64,000 nt of DNA from Diplonema japonicum (lineage: Eukaryota > Protista > Euglenozoa: Diplonemea), in NCBI GenBank assembly GCA_964019335.1, contig OZ025681.1, positions 434,001 to 498,000 on the forward strand, given 5' to 3'. Under the pieces are notes generated by a model, which searched no databases, was not told where the DNA came from, and saw only the letters and a list, made by a program, of their open reading frames with translations. The position numbers were made by a program, and so were the translations under genes. Position 1 is the stretch's first letter. Each line of letters opens with the position of its first letter. Positions 31,111 through 42,717 of this stretch are shown here, piece after piece.

Positions 31111-31449
31111 TCCTTAACAGTCTGAGATGGGTGGAAAGAAACACGGCAAAGAACACAACACTATTTCTCTCTTTTTCGTATTTTGCTTCAACTTCTGCTG
31201 AGCATGGGAAAAAAAGGAAGGGGGTGGGGGGGAAGGGGGGTTGTTTTCTGCAGAAGGTACTGCAAACTCCCGAAACCTCTTTTCTTGTTAAGAAAGTTGC
31301 CTTTCAAAAAAAAAAAAAGAAAAAAAAGCTCAGTAAAAGAACGATGCCACTAGATGGCAGCGTAGCTGTGAGTCTTTTCGTACCACCGTTGGCCCGCTAA
31401 AAACAGGAAAGAAAAACTCACGCACTAACAGAACACCCCCCCCCCCCCC

Positions 31450-31639
31450 TAGGGCTATGCTGGCATGGAAACGCGTTTCCATGCATTTTTTGAAAAAAAG
31501 GGAAACGGAAACGGAAACGGAAACGTTTCCTTATGTTTCCTTAAGAAGGAAGCCGTTTCCATAAGAATTTTGAAAGTATGGAAACGGAAACGGGAACGGA
31601 AACGGAAACGTTTCCACGTTTCCTGCCAGCATAGCCCTA
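31450..31639. mobile_element. MITE, TAGGGCTATGCTGGCA family, intact 16-bp TIRs
   Basis: tagggctatgctggca ... tgccagcatagcccta; tandem ggaaac repeats inside. Confidence 0.88.
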
Positions 31640-32081
31640 GGGGGGGTCATAAGGGGGTCGTTATTTGCCCTTTTTCAGGCTCTTCGCCAAGGGCATTTTG
31701 GGCCCTTAAAAAAACTGTAACCACCCCAAAAGTGCCCACAAATCACCCAAACCCCCGTTTCCCGATGGTTTCCGGCCCCAGAAGTGCCCAGAATCATGTT
31801 CTAATTTTGGGGCCCCCGTTTGGTACTTTCCCTATGTAATCCTAGGGGCCCCTATTTTATGTTCCCTAGGATTACATAGGGAAAGTACCAAACGGGGGCC
31901 CCAAAATTAGAACATGATTCTGGGCACTTCTGGGGCCGGAAACCATCGGGAAACGGGGGTTTGGGTGATTTGTGGGCACTTTTGGGGTGGTTACAGTTTT
32001 TTTAAGGGCCCAAAATGCCCTTGGCGAAGAGCCTGAAAAAGGGCAAAAAGTGGCCCTTTTTAAGGACCATATGACCCCCCC
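31640..32081. mobile_element. Foldback element with perfect 184-bp inverted arms
   Basis: 31664-31847 is the exact reverse complement of 31864-32047 (16-nt spacer). Outer gggggggtcata / tatgaccccccc termini are flanked by TA on both sides. Confidence 0.9.
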
Positions 32082-33033
32082 TACCCCCCCCCCCCCCCCA
32101 CACCCGAGGTGGATTTCATCCCGGGGGGGGGGGGGGGGGGGGAACTAGTAAAAAGGTCGAAAAGAGAAAAATACTGTCGCTAGAGTTCACGTTCTATCTG
32201 GTTTTGGAAAAAAAAAAAAACAGAGAAGTTTCTTAGGTCTCCCTTGGTATTCTGTTTTCACAAGGAAACTCTTAACGCAGCTGGCGGTTTATCTGGCCGT
32301 GGAAAAAAAAAGGGAGGGAAGTTAACAAAGAAACAAAGAAAATAAGTTTTTGACTTAAAGGAAGTCTTTATGAGACGCCCCCAAATGCTGTTCTGCACTG
32401 ATCACTGCCCTCGCCCTCCGATCGATCGCAGGAAGGCCCTTAGTAATAAATGTAAGAGACAAGGGAGGCCAGTGTTGGCGGCACTCTGAATAAAATACTA
32501 AAAAGAAAAAGGTCGTTTGTTCGTGTGAGGTGGGTTAACCCCCCAAAAAAAACTATTCTTGCCGAGCTGAGCTCAGGAAAAAAAAAAAAAAAAGAAAACA
32601 ACACGTGAACAAAAAGACATAACTTTTATGAAAAGGGGTAGAGGGAAGGAATCAACCCAGGCTCTATCTTCTCCAATCTTGACCAAGAAATGGCTTCATT
32701 GTTTGCATAGTATGCTTTTTATTTTTCTTTTTTATTTTGTAAATTCCACAGTAATATGATTATATCAAATGAATGCAGTAAAAACAGAAAAACTTTTTTT
32801 TTTGTATTTGTAACGTTAGCTGGGGGGGAGGGGGGGTGAACAGCACAAAAAGGAAGGGGGAGAAACGAAAATAGTGACGTTGGCCAACTTCTTGGGTTTG
32901 TTGCTTCTTCAGCAAACTAACAAAGAACTGGACAGAGGTCTTAGGTTACGTTATGTGCATCGACAAGAAAGACTCACGTGTTATGTGTGCTTTCAGCCAG
33001 CGGTATACACAAAACAAAAAAGAAACTAAATAA

Positions 33034-35406
33034 CTAAAATCTAGATACAGGAAGGCCCACGTGGGTACCTTTAGAAAGAAGCAGCACGGCTTTCTGCAGG
33101 ACACCGTCTGCCTCAACGTGCTCGGCAATGACGTCTGTAGCCCTTCCGTGAAAGGCGTTGTGGTACTCTTCAGACCACTCCCACAGCTCACGTTCCGCAA
33201 CCCGTTTGCAGCACACCTCGTACACCACAGAGGCCTCGTCCTGGACGTCCCATGTGTCGACAGGTCGCACCCTGAGCCTCAGGGAGGGGTGCATCACGGC
33301 GGAGCACACATGGCCGGGGACAGCTGCGTGCAAGCAGAATGTTCCCAGTGCCTTCGCTCCCCCGCAAAGCGAGGCCGCCAACGAGACACACGACCCGAGG
33401 ACTGTGACGAACCGCTGGCTGGACCCCCCCACTGCTCCGAACAGCACGTCCCCGCACGCAATTCCCGTGTACACGTCGAAAGGCACGTCCGCCGTCCGCA
33501 GCAGGTCCACGTACCGCACAGCGTTCTCGAGATGCGACTCGCACCGACGCGCCACATTCCACGCCGTCGTCAGCGACGACGACACCAGCGACACCACCGT
33601 CCCCTCGCTGCGCTCCAGGCAGTGGATCACCTTGCTGAGAACATCGTTCACATGGTTCACCGTCAGCATTGGGACATCGACAGTGCAAAGGTCGATTCCC
33701 ACAGTGCCGATGGTGACGCTGCTCCTGTTGGTGAGCCTCTCCTCCAGGGTGGGGGGTGTCACAGTGACACTGGTCGACTTGCTGATCGCCGCGAGGGTTA
33801 GCGACTTCGCGTTGATCGACACGCTGAAGCGGTGCATCTGCACAAGCCTCTCATCAACATGCTTCTGCCGCTCGGGCATTGTGCCTGGAACAAGGACAGA
33901 GATGGCGACCTCCCCAATGCCCCTCAGCTCAATTGTCCCCATTGACATGATGAAGGGCGGCGGCTGCTCATCATCTAGTCTGATGGAAAGCACCTCTGCA
34001 AGACTAAGGGGGGATTCATCGTCATGAGTGTCAAGCAACTCATCAGGTACGGCAACCCCACCTCCACAGCACGCGCCTTCAACACGAGCTGCCTTGTTCA
34101 CAGTGCTGCCGAAGTAGTCGTACCTCCCTGTCACAGGGTTGATCTGCAGGTCCACCTCACCGTAGTTGATTCCGATCCGAACGAGCATTCCGTTCCCGCA
34201 TTCCGGGAGGCTCGTCAGCTCGCTGGGCCACTCCTCGCTCGTGTAGAGGTCCTCCTGCACGCCGAGGGAGAACATCACTGCCGACTGAACCGTCTCGAAG
34301 GCCACCATGAATGAGTCGCCGATCGTCTTCACCTCGTAGCCGCCAAACCGTTTGATCCCTTTGCGGAGCACCTTGTTGTGCACCTCGAGGCCCTTTTTCA
34401 TCCCGGATGGGCTGGCTTCCCACAAGGCTGTGGAGCCTTGTATGTCGGTGAAGACGATGGTGGACGACTGTGACGCGAGGCCAGGGGGCTCCCGTGAGGA
34501 CATGCTGCTTTCACTGTAAACAGAATTCGCCATTCTTTCCATTTTATGTACCTCAAAAAGAGCATCGGGGAGGTATGGTTTGTAGCCTTGCAAGTTTGTG
34601 AGAAGTGTCTGGAAGGCGGTTTTAAGCTCCTCTGGGAGGGGGAGGGTGGTGTCTTCAAGAGAGGCAGCAGCGGAGCTGAGATCGAAGGCGGCAAGAGCAG
34701 AAGCTATGTTGTTGGCGGTGGAGACGGAAGCTTCGACACGTTCCTTCTCCGCCACCATGCGGTCGGCGAAGGTCCGCGTGAAGTAGTAATCGAGAAGCAT
34801 AATAAAACACTGGATTATCCAAGTGGAGAAAGAAATACTGAAATCACGACTGCAAGGGGGGCTAGGGCAACACTGCCGCTCCTGTTTCTCAGCAGCCGTA
34901 CCTGCACCGGGGGCATCATAGAGGCCAAAACGCAAAGTTCCCTCAAGATTCTCAATAGCCAACCACACAAATAACAGCGATAAAATATATTTACCACTTA
35001 TTTTAACATCGATCAGCAGTAGAAAATCCAACGCCACGATTGTTACAGGCCACAACCGGAGCGTCCCCATTGCCGAGGCCCGCCAATCACAGATCAATAA
35101 TCCGGCCAAGTAGAGGTACATTGTTACAGATACGAATTCTTTCGTGACTCTGCGCGACTTTGTCAAATATCCGACCCCACCTATGCTGATCAGGATCATG
35201 GCTAGGTTTCCCCAAAACCACATATTTTCCTTGTATTCCGCACTCCGGTTGAAGCTGATGAACCTCAACAGCATGATTAGAGGGATCACAAACATAAGAA
35301 GGTGGTAGCCTAAGACGTGTCCCTTTATCACTTCTTCTCCTTCGGTTTCTCCTTCTTTCCTTATCAGTTTGTACAGGGACCGCCATGCTTTTCGTAAACC
35401 GTCCAT
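33034..35406 (-). CDS. Multi-pass membrane class III adenylate cyclase with C-terminal degenerate cyclase domain
   Basis: About 6 TM segments; IVFTDIQGSTALWE, EVKTIGDSFMVAF, VRIGINYG, YDYFGSTVNKAARVE. The second domain (TGIACGDVLFGAVG) lacks catalytic residues. Confidence 0.92.
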   Translation of the reverse strand: MDGLRKAWRSLYKLIRKEGETEGEEVIKGHVLGYHLLMFVIPLIMLLRFISFNRSAEYKENMWFWGNLAMILISIGGVGYLTKSRRVTKEFVSVTMYLYLAGLLICDWRASAMGTLRLWPVTIVALDFLLLIDVKISGKYILSLLFVWLAIENLEGTLRFGLYDAPGAGTAAEKQERQCCPSPPCSRDFSISFSTWIIQCFIMLLDYYFTRTFADRMVAEKERVEASVSTANNIASALAAFDLSSAAASLEDTTLPLPEELKTAFQTLLTNLQGYKPYLPDALFEVHKMERMANSVYSESSMSSREPPGLASQSSTIVFTDIQGSTALWEASPSGMKKGLEVHNKVLRKGIKRFGGYEVKTIGDSFMVAFETVQSAVMFSLGVQEDLYTSEEWPSELTSLPECGNGMLVRIGINYGEVDLQINPVTGRYDYFGSTVNKAARVEGACCGGGVAVPDELLDTHDDESPLSLAEVLSIRLDDEQPPPFIMSMGTIELRGIGEVAISVLVPGTMPERQKHVDERLVQMHRFSVSINAKSLTLAAISKSTSVTVTPPTLEERLTNRSSVTIGTVGIDLCTVDVPMLTVNHVNDVLSKVIHCLERSEGTVVSLVSSSLTTAWNVARRCESHLENAVRYVDLLRTADVPFDVYTGIACGDVLFGAVGGSSQRFVTVLGSCVSLAASLCGGAKALGTFCLHAAVPGHVCSAVMHPSLRLRVRPVDTWDVQDEASVVYEVCCKRVAERELWEWSEEYHNAFHGRATDVIAEHVEADGVLQKAVLLLSKGTHVGLPVSRF

Positions 35407-36734
35407 GGGAGGATCCCCTCCCCTCCCCCCTGATTTGTGTGGAGTACTGTAGGTTACAAATTAGTTACCTTTAAAAAGAAAGAAAAAAGAACTTTTTTTT
35501 TTTCGTTTTCGTTTTTATTCATCCAAGAGAAAGAAGGGGGGAAAAAAAAAAAAAGGAAGGGAGAGATGGATGAGAAAACATAGAATAATATAAAAAAGAA
35601 ATAAAAGAAGAAGAAAACATTTCATGAATGTCTTGTTGTCGGGGAACACTTTCTTTCTTTTTTTCTTTTTGGCCGAAGCTAAACGCGGTTCTTTGTTACC
35701 CCCTTTGTTTTGAAAAAGGTCAGCCCGCTTAGTCACCCAAGCACAGGACTTTCCTGAAATGACTCGCTTAAGGGGAGGTGTCGTTACGCACCTAGACCCG
35801 GCCAAAGGCCTTGCTGCCCCTTCCAAAGAAAAAAGAACGAAAAAAAGAAAACAAAATTTAGTTTTTTTTTTTTGCTGTGAACAGACTTCACGGGCAATAG
35901 TTTTTGTTTTTCTAGACTGGGTGTATATCCCGTGCTTTTGATACTTCAGATTTCTTTTTTTATGACGGGAAGGGGGGGGGGGGGGGGGGAGAGAGAGAGA
36001 GAGAGAGAGTACCAAAATCTTATTTCTATGGAACTACCAGAAGCAATTCACTTGCCCCCTCCCCGGAAAAAAAAAAGGAACTAAAAATTGCTTGAATTTG
36101 AAGGGGGGGAAAAAACAAGAAAAGATGGATGGAGTAGTGCAAGGGGGTAGTGCGTGTCTCATATTGAAGTGGTCTTGGGTCGGGAATAGCCCTACGTTAC
36201 AAAAAGAAAGAACAGATAGACAAACAGAAGAAAAAGAAAGAAAAAAATAACGTATGAAGGGGGACTCCTTCCGTGGATTTAGTTTTTTAACAGTATATGA
36301 GTTAAGATGCTCTGCTACACCCTTTCTCATCTACCTCTTCTATTCTATCCACCGTAAAATAGATAATTTTACGGAGAAAGGAGATGATGTAAAGTATATA
36401 TTGCAAACAAATCTCTTTTTTTGCACAGTTTACAGCCACACGAAAGGTTACCCTTTAAAAAAAAAAAAGGAGAAGAGAGAAAGGAAGAACACACGTTTTT
36501 TCCCCCCCTTTTTATTTTCTTCTACACATCAGGGTGGAAAAAAAAAGGGGGGGGAAACAAAAGCGATTCTTGTTGCGACGTGGCGTCATGGCAAAGGGTC
36601 ATGTGGCGCATAGAAAAAAGAAAAAAAAACTAGAATAAGGAAAATATTATTGTTAGGCTTAACTTAGCAAAGAGAAAAGAAAAAAAAAGAGAAAGAAAAC
36701 AACTGCCTCAAGCTCTTACGTAATGTGACAAAGT

Positions 36735-36846
36735 TTTTGTTTGTGCACAGCCGGGGTTAACCTGTAGAAGGATAAGCCCAACAATGCTACCACTACTCTT
36801 TTTAGCAATAACAATTCATTATCAATATATTGTTTCTTGTTTAAGC
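36735..36846. repeat. Dispersed repeat R1, copy without the YR insertion
   Basis: tttgtgcacagccggggttaacctgtagaaggataagcccaacaatgctaccactactc... matches 4121-4235. Confidence 0.9.
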
Positions 36847-37777
36847 AAAAAAAAAAAAAAAAAAAAGAGAGAAACTACAAACACGACAAGCGAATTTGGA
36901 TTTTCCACCAAACTCTGTAACTTGTTTTTTGCCCTTTGTCCACGGTAACTCGAATATATTTCTCTATTGCTCACGGAAACTTGCAATTTCATATCCACCA
37001 AACACGTTTTCAAAATATTTTGTCCACCATCCACGGTAACCACTTTTGAAATCCATGACGAACGCAGAGCCAAGCAGAGCGTCAGAAAAAACAACTGTGC
37101 CACCATTTCTTTCCCTGTTGGCAATTGCAACATGCGGATTTGCGCCGCTGTCTCCACCAAGAATGACGCAAGCCACAGTTTCGAAAGTGGCAAGCACACA
37201 ACGTAGGTGGGCCTTGGGTTCTGCTCAAAGGGCCACAGTCTCTTTCTCTGAGTGGTGCCCAGGGGGTTGAGTGTGCTGCAGGGTTGGATGTGTTGAAAAC
37301 AGCCTGCGTCCACATCTGTGCTGTGGCCCGCGGGGCACAAGAACCACTTGGATCTCCTTCCCAAGTGTTTGCGGGTCGCCGCTTGGCGTTTAATGTATTT
37401 CGCCACACCCGCCCGCCTTCTGTCAGGGTCCTGTGTGAAGATAACCTCAAGCCCCCCGTTGTAACTCAAGAACGGGGAGGCCCTCGTTGGGGGATAAGAG
37501 GAAACTGAGCGAAGGAGAGGGGACACACCTGCGGCAACTGCAAGAAAGTGGGGCACACTGCCCGTTCTTGCAAGAACCCCCACCACTCGACTGCTGCGTC
37601 ACAGCCGCAGACCCCTAGAAGTGCTCTTCTGAACTGAAGCAGACCCAGCTAACGTAGTGTCATAGTGTAGAGTCATCCCCCCCCCCCCCTTTTTTTCCTT
37701 TTGCCTAATCATTTATTCCTATTGTTGTACGTGCGTTCTATATTTCGCTAAATAGTCAAAAAAACGAAAATGCGAAA

Positions 37778-38000
37778 GGTTCCGTGTTTGGTGGAAATTC
37801 GAAATTAGGTTTCCTAAAGGAAAATTTTGATGGTTTACAGGGAACGGTGGAAAATTGAAATTGGGTTTCCGTGTTTGGTGGAAATCGAAATTAGTGTATC
37901 ATTTTTGGTGGAAAAATGAAATTGGGTTACCGTGTTTGGTGGAAAATGAAATTCGGGTTGGCTTGAACGGTGGAAAATTTTCATTTGGTTGTCGTGTTTG
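37778..38000. repeat. Degenerate minisatellite, unit about 30 bp
   Basis: Repeated ccgtgtttggtggaaa(a)tygaaattrggtt, about 6 copies. Confidence 0.75.
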
Positions 38001-38033
38001 TAGTTTTTCTCAAAAAAAAAAAAGAAAAACAGA

Positions 38034-40415
38034 TTAGAGTGTCTTGGGAACCTCTATGTGCCCCCCTGTTTCCAGATAGCCTGCTACTCTACCCAGCACA
38101 GTGTCTGCTGGTTTCCTATTTTCGTTGATGAGTGCGAAGTCCCTCGACCCGAAGGCATACGAGTACGCCTCACTCCAGTCCCACGTATCTTGACCAAGTA
38201 TCGATAAGGATGCACAAAGTACTTCTGTCTCGCTTACCCGAATCTCGTACACCACAGAGGCCTCGTCCTGGACGTCCCATGTGTCGACAGGTCGCACCCT
38301 GAGCCTCAAGGAGGGGTGCATCACGGCGGAGCACACATGGCCGGGGACAGCTGCGTGCAAGCAGAATGTTCCCAGTGCCTTCGCTCCCCCGCAAAGCGAG
38401 GCCGCCAACGAGACACACGACCCGAGGACTGTGACGAACCGCTGGCTGGACCCCCCCACTGCTCCGAACAGCACGTCCCCGCACGCAATTCCCGTGTACA
38501 CGTCGAAAGGCACGTCCGCCGTCCGCAGCAGGTCCACGTACCGCACAGCGTTCTCGAGATGCGACTCGCACCGACGCGCCACATTCCACGCAGTCGTCAG
38601 CGACGACGACACCAGCGACACCACCGTCCCCTCGCTGCGCTCCAGGCAGTGGATCACCTTTGTCAGCGCATCGTTCAGAGTTTCCGTCGCCACGTCGTCG
38701 CTGCTCGCGAGGTCCAGCAGAACAGACCCCACAGTCGCACTGCTCTTGTTTGTGAGCTTCTCTTCCAACGAGGATGTCGACGACCGCACGGTGCCCGTCG
38801 TGATGCTATGCGACAGGACGCACACGGGGGACCGCTTTGCACCTTCCAGGATATCCATATGCCGTTCCGGGATCGTGCTTGGAACCATTATGGAGAGCTT
38901 CGTCTCGCCGATGCCCTTTAGCAGCTTGGCGCCGATTGAGATGACAAACGGGCGCACGCAGGGGTCAGCGTCAGGTGTGTCATTAATGGTAAACATCTCG
39001 CCGATGGACATGGGGTTCATCTCGTTACAGAGTGAGAGGATGTCATCGGGAAGAGCGACTGCACCTCCACAGCAGACTGTTTCCACACGAGCTGCCTTGT
39101 TCACAGTGCTGCCGAAGTAGTCGTACCTCCCTGTCACAGGGTTGATCTGCAGGTCCACCTCACCGTAGTTGATTCCGATCCGAACGAGCATTCCGTTCCC
39201 GCATTCCGGGAGGCTCGTCAGCTCGCTGGGCCACTCCTCGCTCGTGTAGAGGTCCTCCTGCATGCCGAGGGAGAACATCACTGCCGACTGAACCGTCTCG
39301 AAGGCCACCATGAATGAGTCGCCGATCGTCTTCACCTCGTAGCCGCCAAACCGTTTGATCCCTTTGCGGAGCACCTTGTTGTGCACCTCGAGGCCCTTTT
39401 TCATCCCGGATGGGCTGGCTTCCCACAAGGCTGTGGAGCCTTGTATGTCGGTGAAGACGATTGCGGCAACACTAGCATCATGCCCAGGAGGATGACTTGT
39501 ACATGCTTGTGTGGTGCTTAAACTGTGCAAAGAGCCGACTTGGGTGAGGCAGTTGCGGTTAGTTTCAATGAGAGCACCAGGTATGTATGGTTCGTAGGCT
39601 TGCAGGTTTGTGAGAAGTGCTTGGAAAGCGGTTTTAAGCTCCTCTGGGAGGGGGAGGGTGGTGTCTTCAAGAGAGGCAGCAGCGGAGCTGAGATCGAAAG
39701 TGGCAAGAGCAGAAGCTATGTTGTTGGCGGTGGAGACAGAAGCTTCGACACGTTCCTTCTCCGCCACCATGCGGTCGGCGAAGGTCCGCGTGAAGTAGTA
39801 ATCGACAAGCACGATGAAACAAAAACTGGCCCAAGTGTAACAAATCGTGCCGATATCCTCTTTGCATGGAGGGTTCGAACAGCTCACCCTTTTGTCACGC
39901 ATTTCCTCTGTAGCCATTCCAGGGAGGTCGAAGAGGCCGAACCGGAATGCAGATTCTGCGGCGGTGATGAACAAATACACGAGGATCATGAAGATGTAGC
40001 AGAAGATAAAGCATCTTTTTGTACGAAATACGAGAAAGATGTCTATTCCCAAGATGAGACATGGCCAGACTCGTGCGCTGCCGTGTGACATGCTGCGAAT
40101 GTCCCACAGCATACCACCGATGGCGTAGAGCGTCACCGTTGCAACAGCAACCGTTTCGGAAACCCGTTTGGTGTAGACAACGTAAGCCACCCCTGCGACG
40201 CTCATGCAGATTTCGAATACAAAGACGTGCAGTGAAAGGTTATCCTCAAAGGTCTCCGACACTGTCAGTAAGTACACCAGTGCTAAGATGTCGAAGCCGC
40301 CGAGGAGCAGATACATGCGCAGGCAGATGAGGTTTCGCGTTATTGTCAAAGGGGGGTCGTCGGGGTGCGTGGCCCAGCTGTTCAGCTTGTTGCAGATCTT
40401 GTGGCAAATCTCCAT
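38034..40415 (-). CDS. Multi-pass membrane class III adenylate cyclase, paralog of 33034-35406
   Basis: Same architecture; catalytic block almost identical at DNA level. Confidence 0.92.
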   Translation of the reverse strand: MEICHKICNKLNSWATHPDDPPLTITRNLICLRMYLLLGGFDILALVYLLTVSETFEDNLSLHVFVFEICMSVAGVAYVVYTKRVSETVAVATVTLYAIGGMLWDIRSMSHGSARVWPCLILGIDIFLVFRTKRCFIFCYIFMILVYLFITAAESAFRFGLFDLPGMATEEMRDKRVSCSNPPCKEDIGTICYTWASFCFIVLVDYYFTRTFADRMVAEKERVEASVSTANNIASALATFDLSSAAASLEDTTLPLPEELKTAFQALLTNLQAYEPYIPGALIETNRNCLTQVGSLHSLSTTQACTSHPPGHDASVAAIVFTDIQGSTALWEASPSGMKKGLEVHNKVLRKGIKRFGGYEVKTIGDSFMVAFETVQSAVMFSLGMQEDLYTSEEWPSELTSLPECGNGMLVRIGINYGEVDLQINPVTGRYDYFGSTVNKAARVETVCCGGAVALPDDILSLCNEMNPMSIGEMFTINDTPDADPCVRPFVISIGAKLLKGIGETKLSIMVPSTIPERHMDILEGAKRSPVCVLSHSITTGTVRSSTSSLEEKLTNKSSATVGSVLLDLASSDDVATETLNDALTKVIHCLERSEGTVVSLVSSSLTTAWNVARRCESHLENAVRYVDLLRTADVPFDVYTGIACGDVLFGAVGGSSQRFVTVLGSCVSLAASLCGGAKALGTFCLHAAVPGHVCSAVMHPSLRLRVRPVDTWDVQDEASVVYEIRVSETEVLCASLSILGQDTWDWSEAYSYAFGSRDFALINENRKPADTVLGRVAGYLETGGHIEVPKTL

Positions 40416-40588
40416 TTTCTTTTTTTTTTTTAGTATTGTCTTTTTTTCCCCCCCTCCCTCACCTCCCCTCCCCCGCCCTCCTTCGTATTTCTTTTTTTTT
40501 TTTCTTCAAAAATCCGCAATTTTCATCAGAATACAACAAAAAACAAAACAAAAAAAAAAAAAAAAAAACGGGAGAAAAAAATTATTTA

Positions 40589-40782
40589 CGCTCCATATCT
40601 CTAAAACCCGTGTGGTGCCCCCCCGTTAGGAGGACAGCAGAAACGTTGCTGTTCAAAACAAGGGCTGCAATGAACTCGTTTCGTGAACTCTCTTTAGTGA
40701 TTGAACCCGGGTCTGTTTTTTTTCCCCCCCCCCGACAATTGATTTTCCCGACTGACAGATAGGTTTTAGAGATATGGGGGCG
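40589..40782. mobile_element. Small MITE-like relic
   Basis: ccatatctctaaaacc (40593-40608) is inverted at 40762-40777. Confidence 0.5.
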
Positions 40783-40975
40783 GTTATATTTTTTTTTCTT
40801 CTTTTTTTGATATCGAACTGAGGGGGGAAAAAAAACACACTGAGGCACAGGGCACTGGGGGGGGAGGGGGGGGATAGATTTTTCTTTTGCTTTTTTTTTT
40901 TTTTCCCGCCCGTGCACCAAATGTCTCTGCCCCCCCCTCATCCCCCGTCCCCTTCCTTTTTCTTGTTAAAAAAGC

Positions 40976-41854
40976 TCACGACAGCCACTGCCCCATGTAA
41001 GGACACGTTTGTGGATTGAACGGATCGCTACCAGAGCTGTCGCACTGCGATTGTATGGGGCAAGACATACATGGTGTCTCCGTGAAGGGATGCCAGTCTA
41101 CAAGCTGCGTGGCGAACTGATAGTATTTGGACCCGTTGTTGGCATCAACCTCAATCAGCTTCCCGTCAAAAATGAGGATCTGAATTATACTAAGAATATC
41201 GTCTGTCGAAAGGGGTTTCTTGGCCACTTCAGAGGAGGAGATCGCCCGTTCTATACAAGCGATGGTCACAGTGTCGTGATCCTTGACAAATTGGAAAACC
41301 GATTTGTAAACAGCTTGGACGAATTCACGGTCGAATTCTTTCGTCTCCTCTGTGAACCAAGTACCGCCAATGAGCGACTCGTGCGGTTCCATGTTGAACA
41401 TCATCAACACTTTCTGCTTCTTGTTCGTCACGACAGTTTTTATTATTTGTTCCTTTTCCAGTCGTTTGGTGGCTTTTGAGAGCATTGTCGGTGTATACCC
41501 TTGGTGCTTCAAGGATGAAACCATATCTCGTATCCAAAGACCTTTATTTTCCGTGCCTTTGATGGCATCCACCATCGTTCGCTCCATGTCGCTTAGAGGA
41601 GTTGATTTTCCCATTTTTCCCTTTGCCGTGCCTGCTAGTGCCGCCATTCTGTAGCACATTACGCCCTGTCTTGTGAACGGTGCGATTTTCTTCGGCCCTG
41701 TGGCGTAGAGGAGTGAACTCATTGCGTTCTGAAAGCTTTGTTGTGCTTTGCCGAAGTTCTCCTTCAGAACCTCGCTTGGTACTCCCTGCACTCCGCTTGC
41801 AGACACCATCTTCAGCACACCCGCCTCCACAGCCGCATCGCTCTGGGCTGACAT
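40976..41854 (-). CDS. POLR3F: RNA polymerase III subunit RPC34/RPC6
   Basis: NKGLWIRDM, K.LEKEQIIKTV, EPHESLIGGTWF..EFDREFV, LIFDGKL; C-terminal Fe-S motif PCMSCPIQSQC...P.TCPYMGQWL. Probable start 41854. Confidence 0.93.
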   Translation of the reverse strand: MSAQSDAAVEAGVLKMVSASGVQGVPSEVLKENFGKAQQSFQNAMSSLLYATGPKKIAPFTRQGVMCYRMAALAGTAKGKMGKSTPLSDMERTMVDAIKGTENKGLWIRDMVSSLKHQGYTPTMLSKATKRLEKEQIIKTVVTNKKQKVLMMFNMEPHESLIGGTWFTEETKEFDREFVQAVYKSVFQFVKDHDTVTIACIERAISSSEVAKKPLSTDDILSIIQILIFDGKLIEVDANNGSKYYQFATQLVDWHPFTETPCMSCPIQSQCDSSGSDPFNPQTCPYMGQWLS

Positions 41855-42215
41855 TGTTCTTTTCCCCGCCTCCTCTCCCACGGGTACTGTTGTGTGTGAA
41901 ATAGGGAAAGGATAAATAAAAAAAAATGAGAATGCAAATTTCTTTTTCAGAAGTTAAAAAGGGGCATCAGCCCCCCCCTTCCCTGTTCTTATCCGTGACT
42001 GTGACGGGGTGCGAGTCATCGAATGGGACGCAACAAAAAAGAAAAAAGAGAAAAAAAAAAAAAAAAAAGAAGAAAAAAAGAGTCGTTGTGCACATCTTGC
42101 TCTTACAAAGATGACTGAGCAGTACTTTCTTTTTTTGTTAAAATTAAAAACTCGATAAAGATTTCAGTGCATACAAAAAAAAAAAGAGGAACTGGCCGTT
42201 GTTTGTACGTGCCGG

Positions 42216-42300
42216 GTAAAACCTGGAGAAGTTTGTCAACCCGAAACACGTTGCCAACGTTCCCCTTTTGTTTAGACAAGTCAAAGACTCGTTCTTGCAA
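42216..42300. repeat. Dispersed repeat R2
   Basis: Aligns with 22472-22562. Confidence 0.8.
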
Positions 42301-42717
42301 AAAAAAGAAAAAAAGAAAAACTGAGCACTACTACTTGTTGAAAAACACAAAACGAAGGGGGTGTACAAAAGAGAAGGGGAAAAAAAAAAAAGAAAAAAGA
42401 AAAAAACAGAACGACGGTGGCGAGTAACAGTAAAATTACGTACCTTGTTTTCCTTTTTTTTTTTTTAAAAACCCCCATGCAACACGGCAATGAACGCAGT
42501 AATAAAAAAAAACAAAAAAAAAAACCACGGGCATAAAATCAAGGAAAAGAGAATAGGTGGTGGGGAAAAAAAAAAAAAAAAAAAAAAAACTAACATGAGG
42601 CAATCTTTTTTATCACAAAAAAAAGAAGAAATAACAGGCATGTTTTCGCGGGTGGTGTGTGAAGAAAAAGGGGGGGGGAAGGAAAAAAAACACTTTTGTC
42701 CAAAGTTTTACTCCCCT

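Noticed and set aside
37778-38000. CRISPR or telomeric repeat
   Set aside because: Degenerate head-to-tail minisatellite with no spacers and no TTAGGG units.
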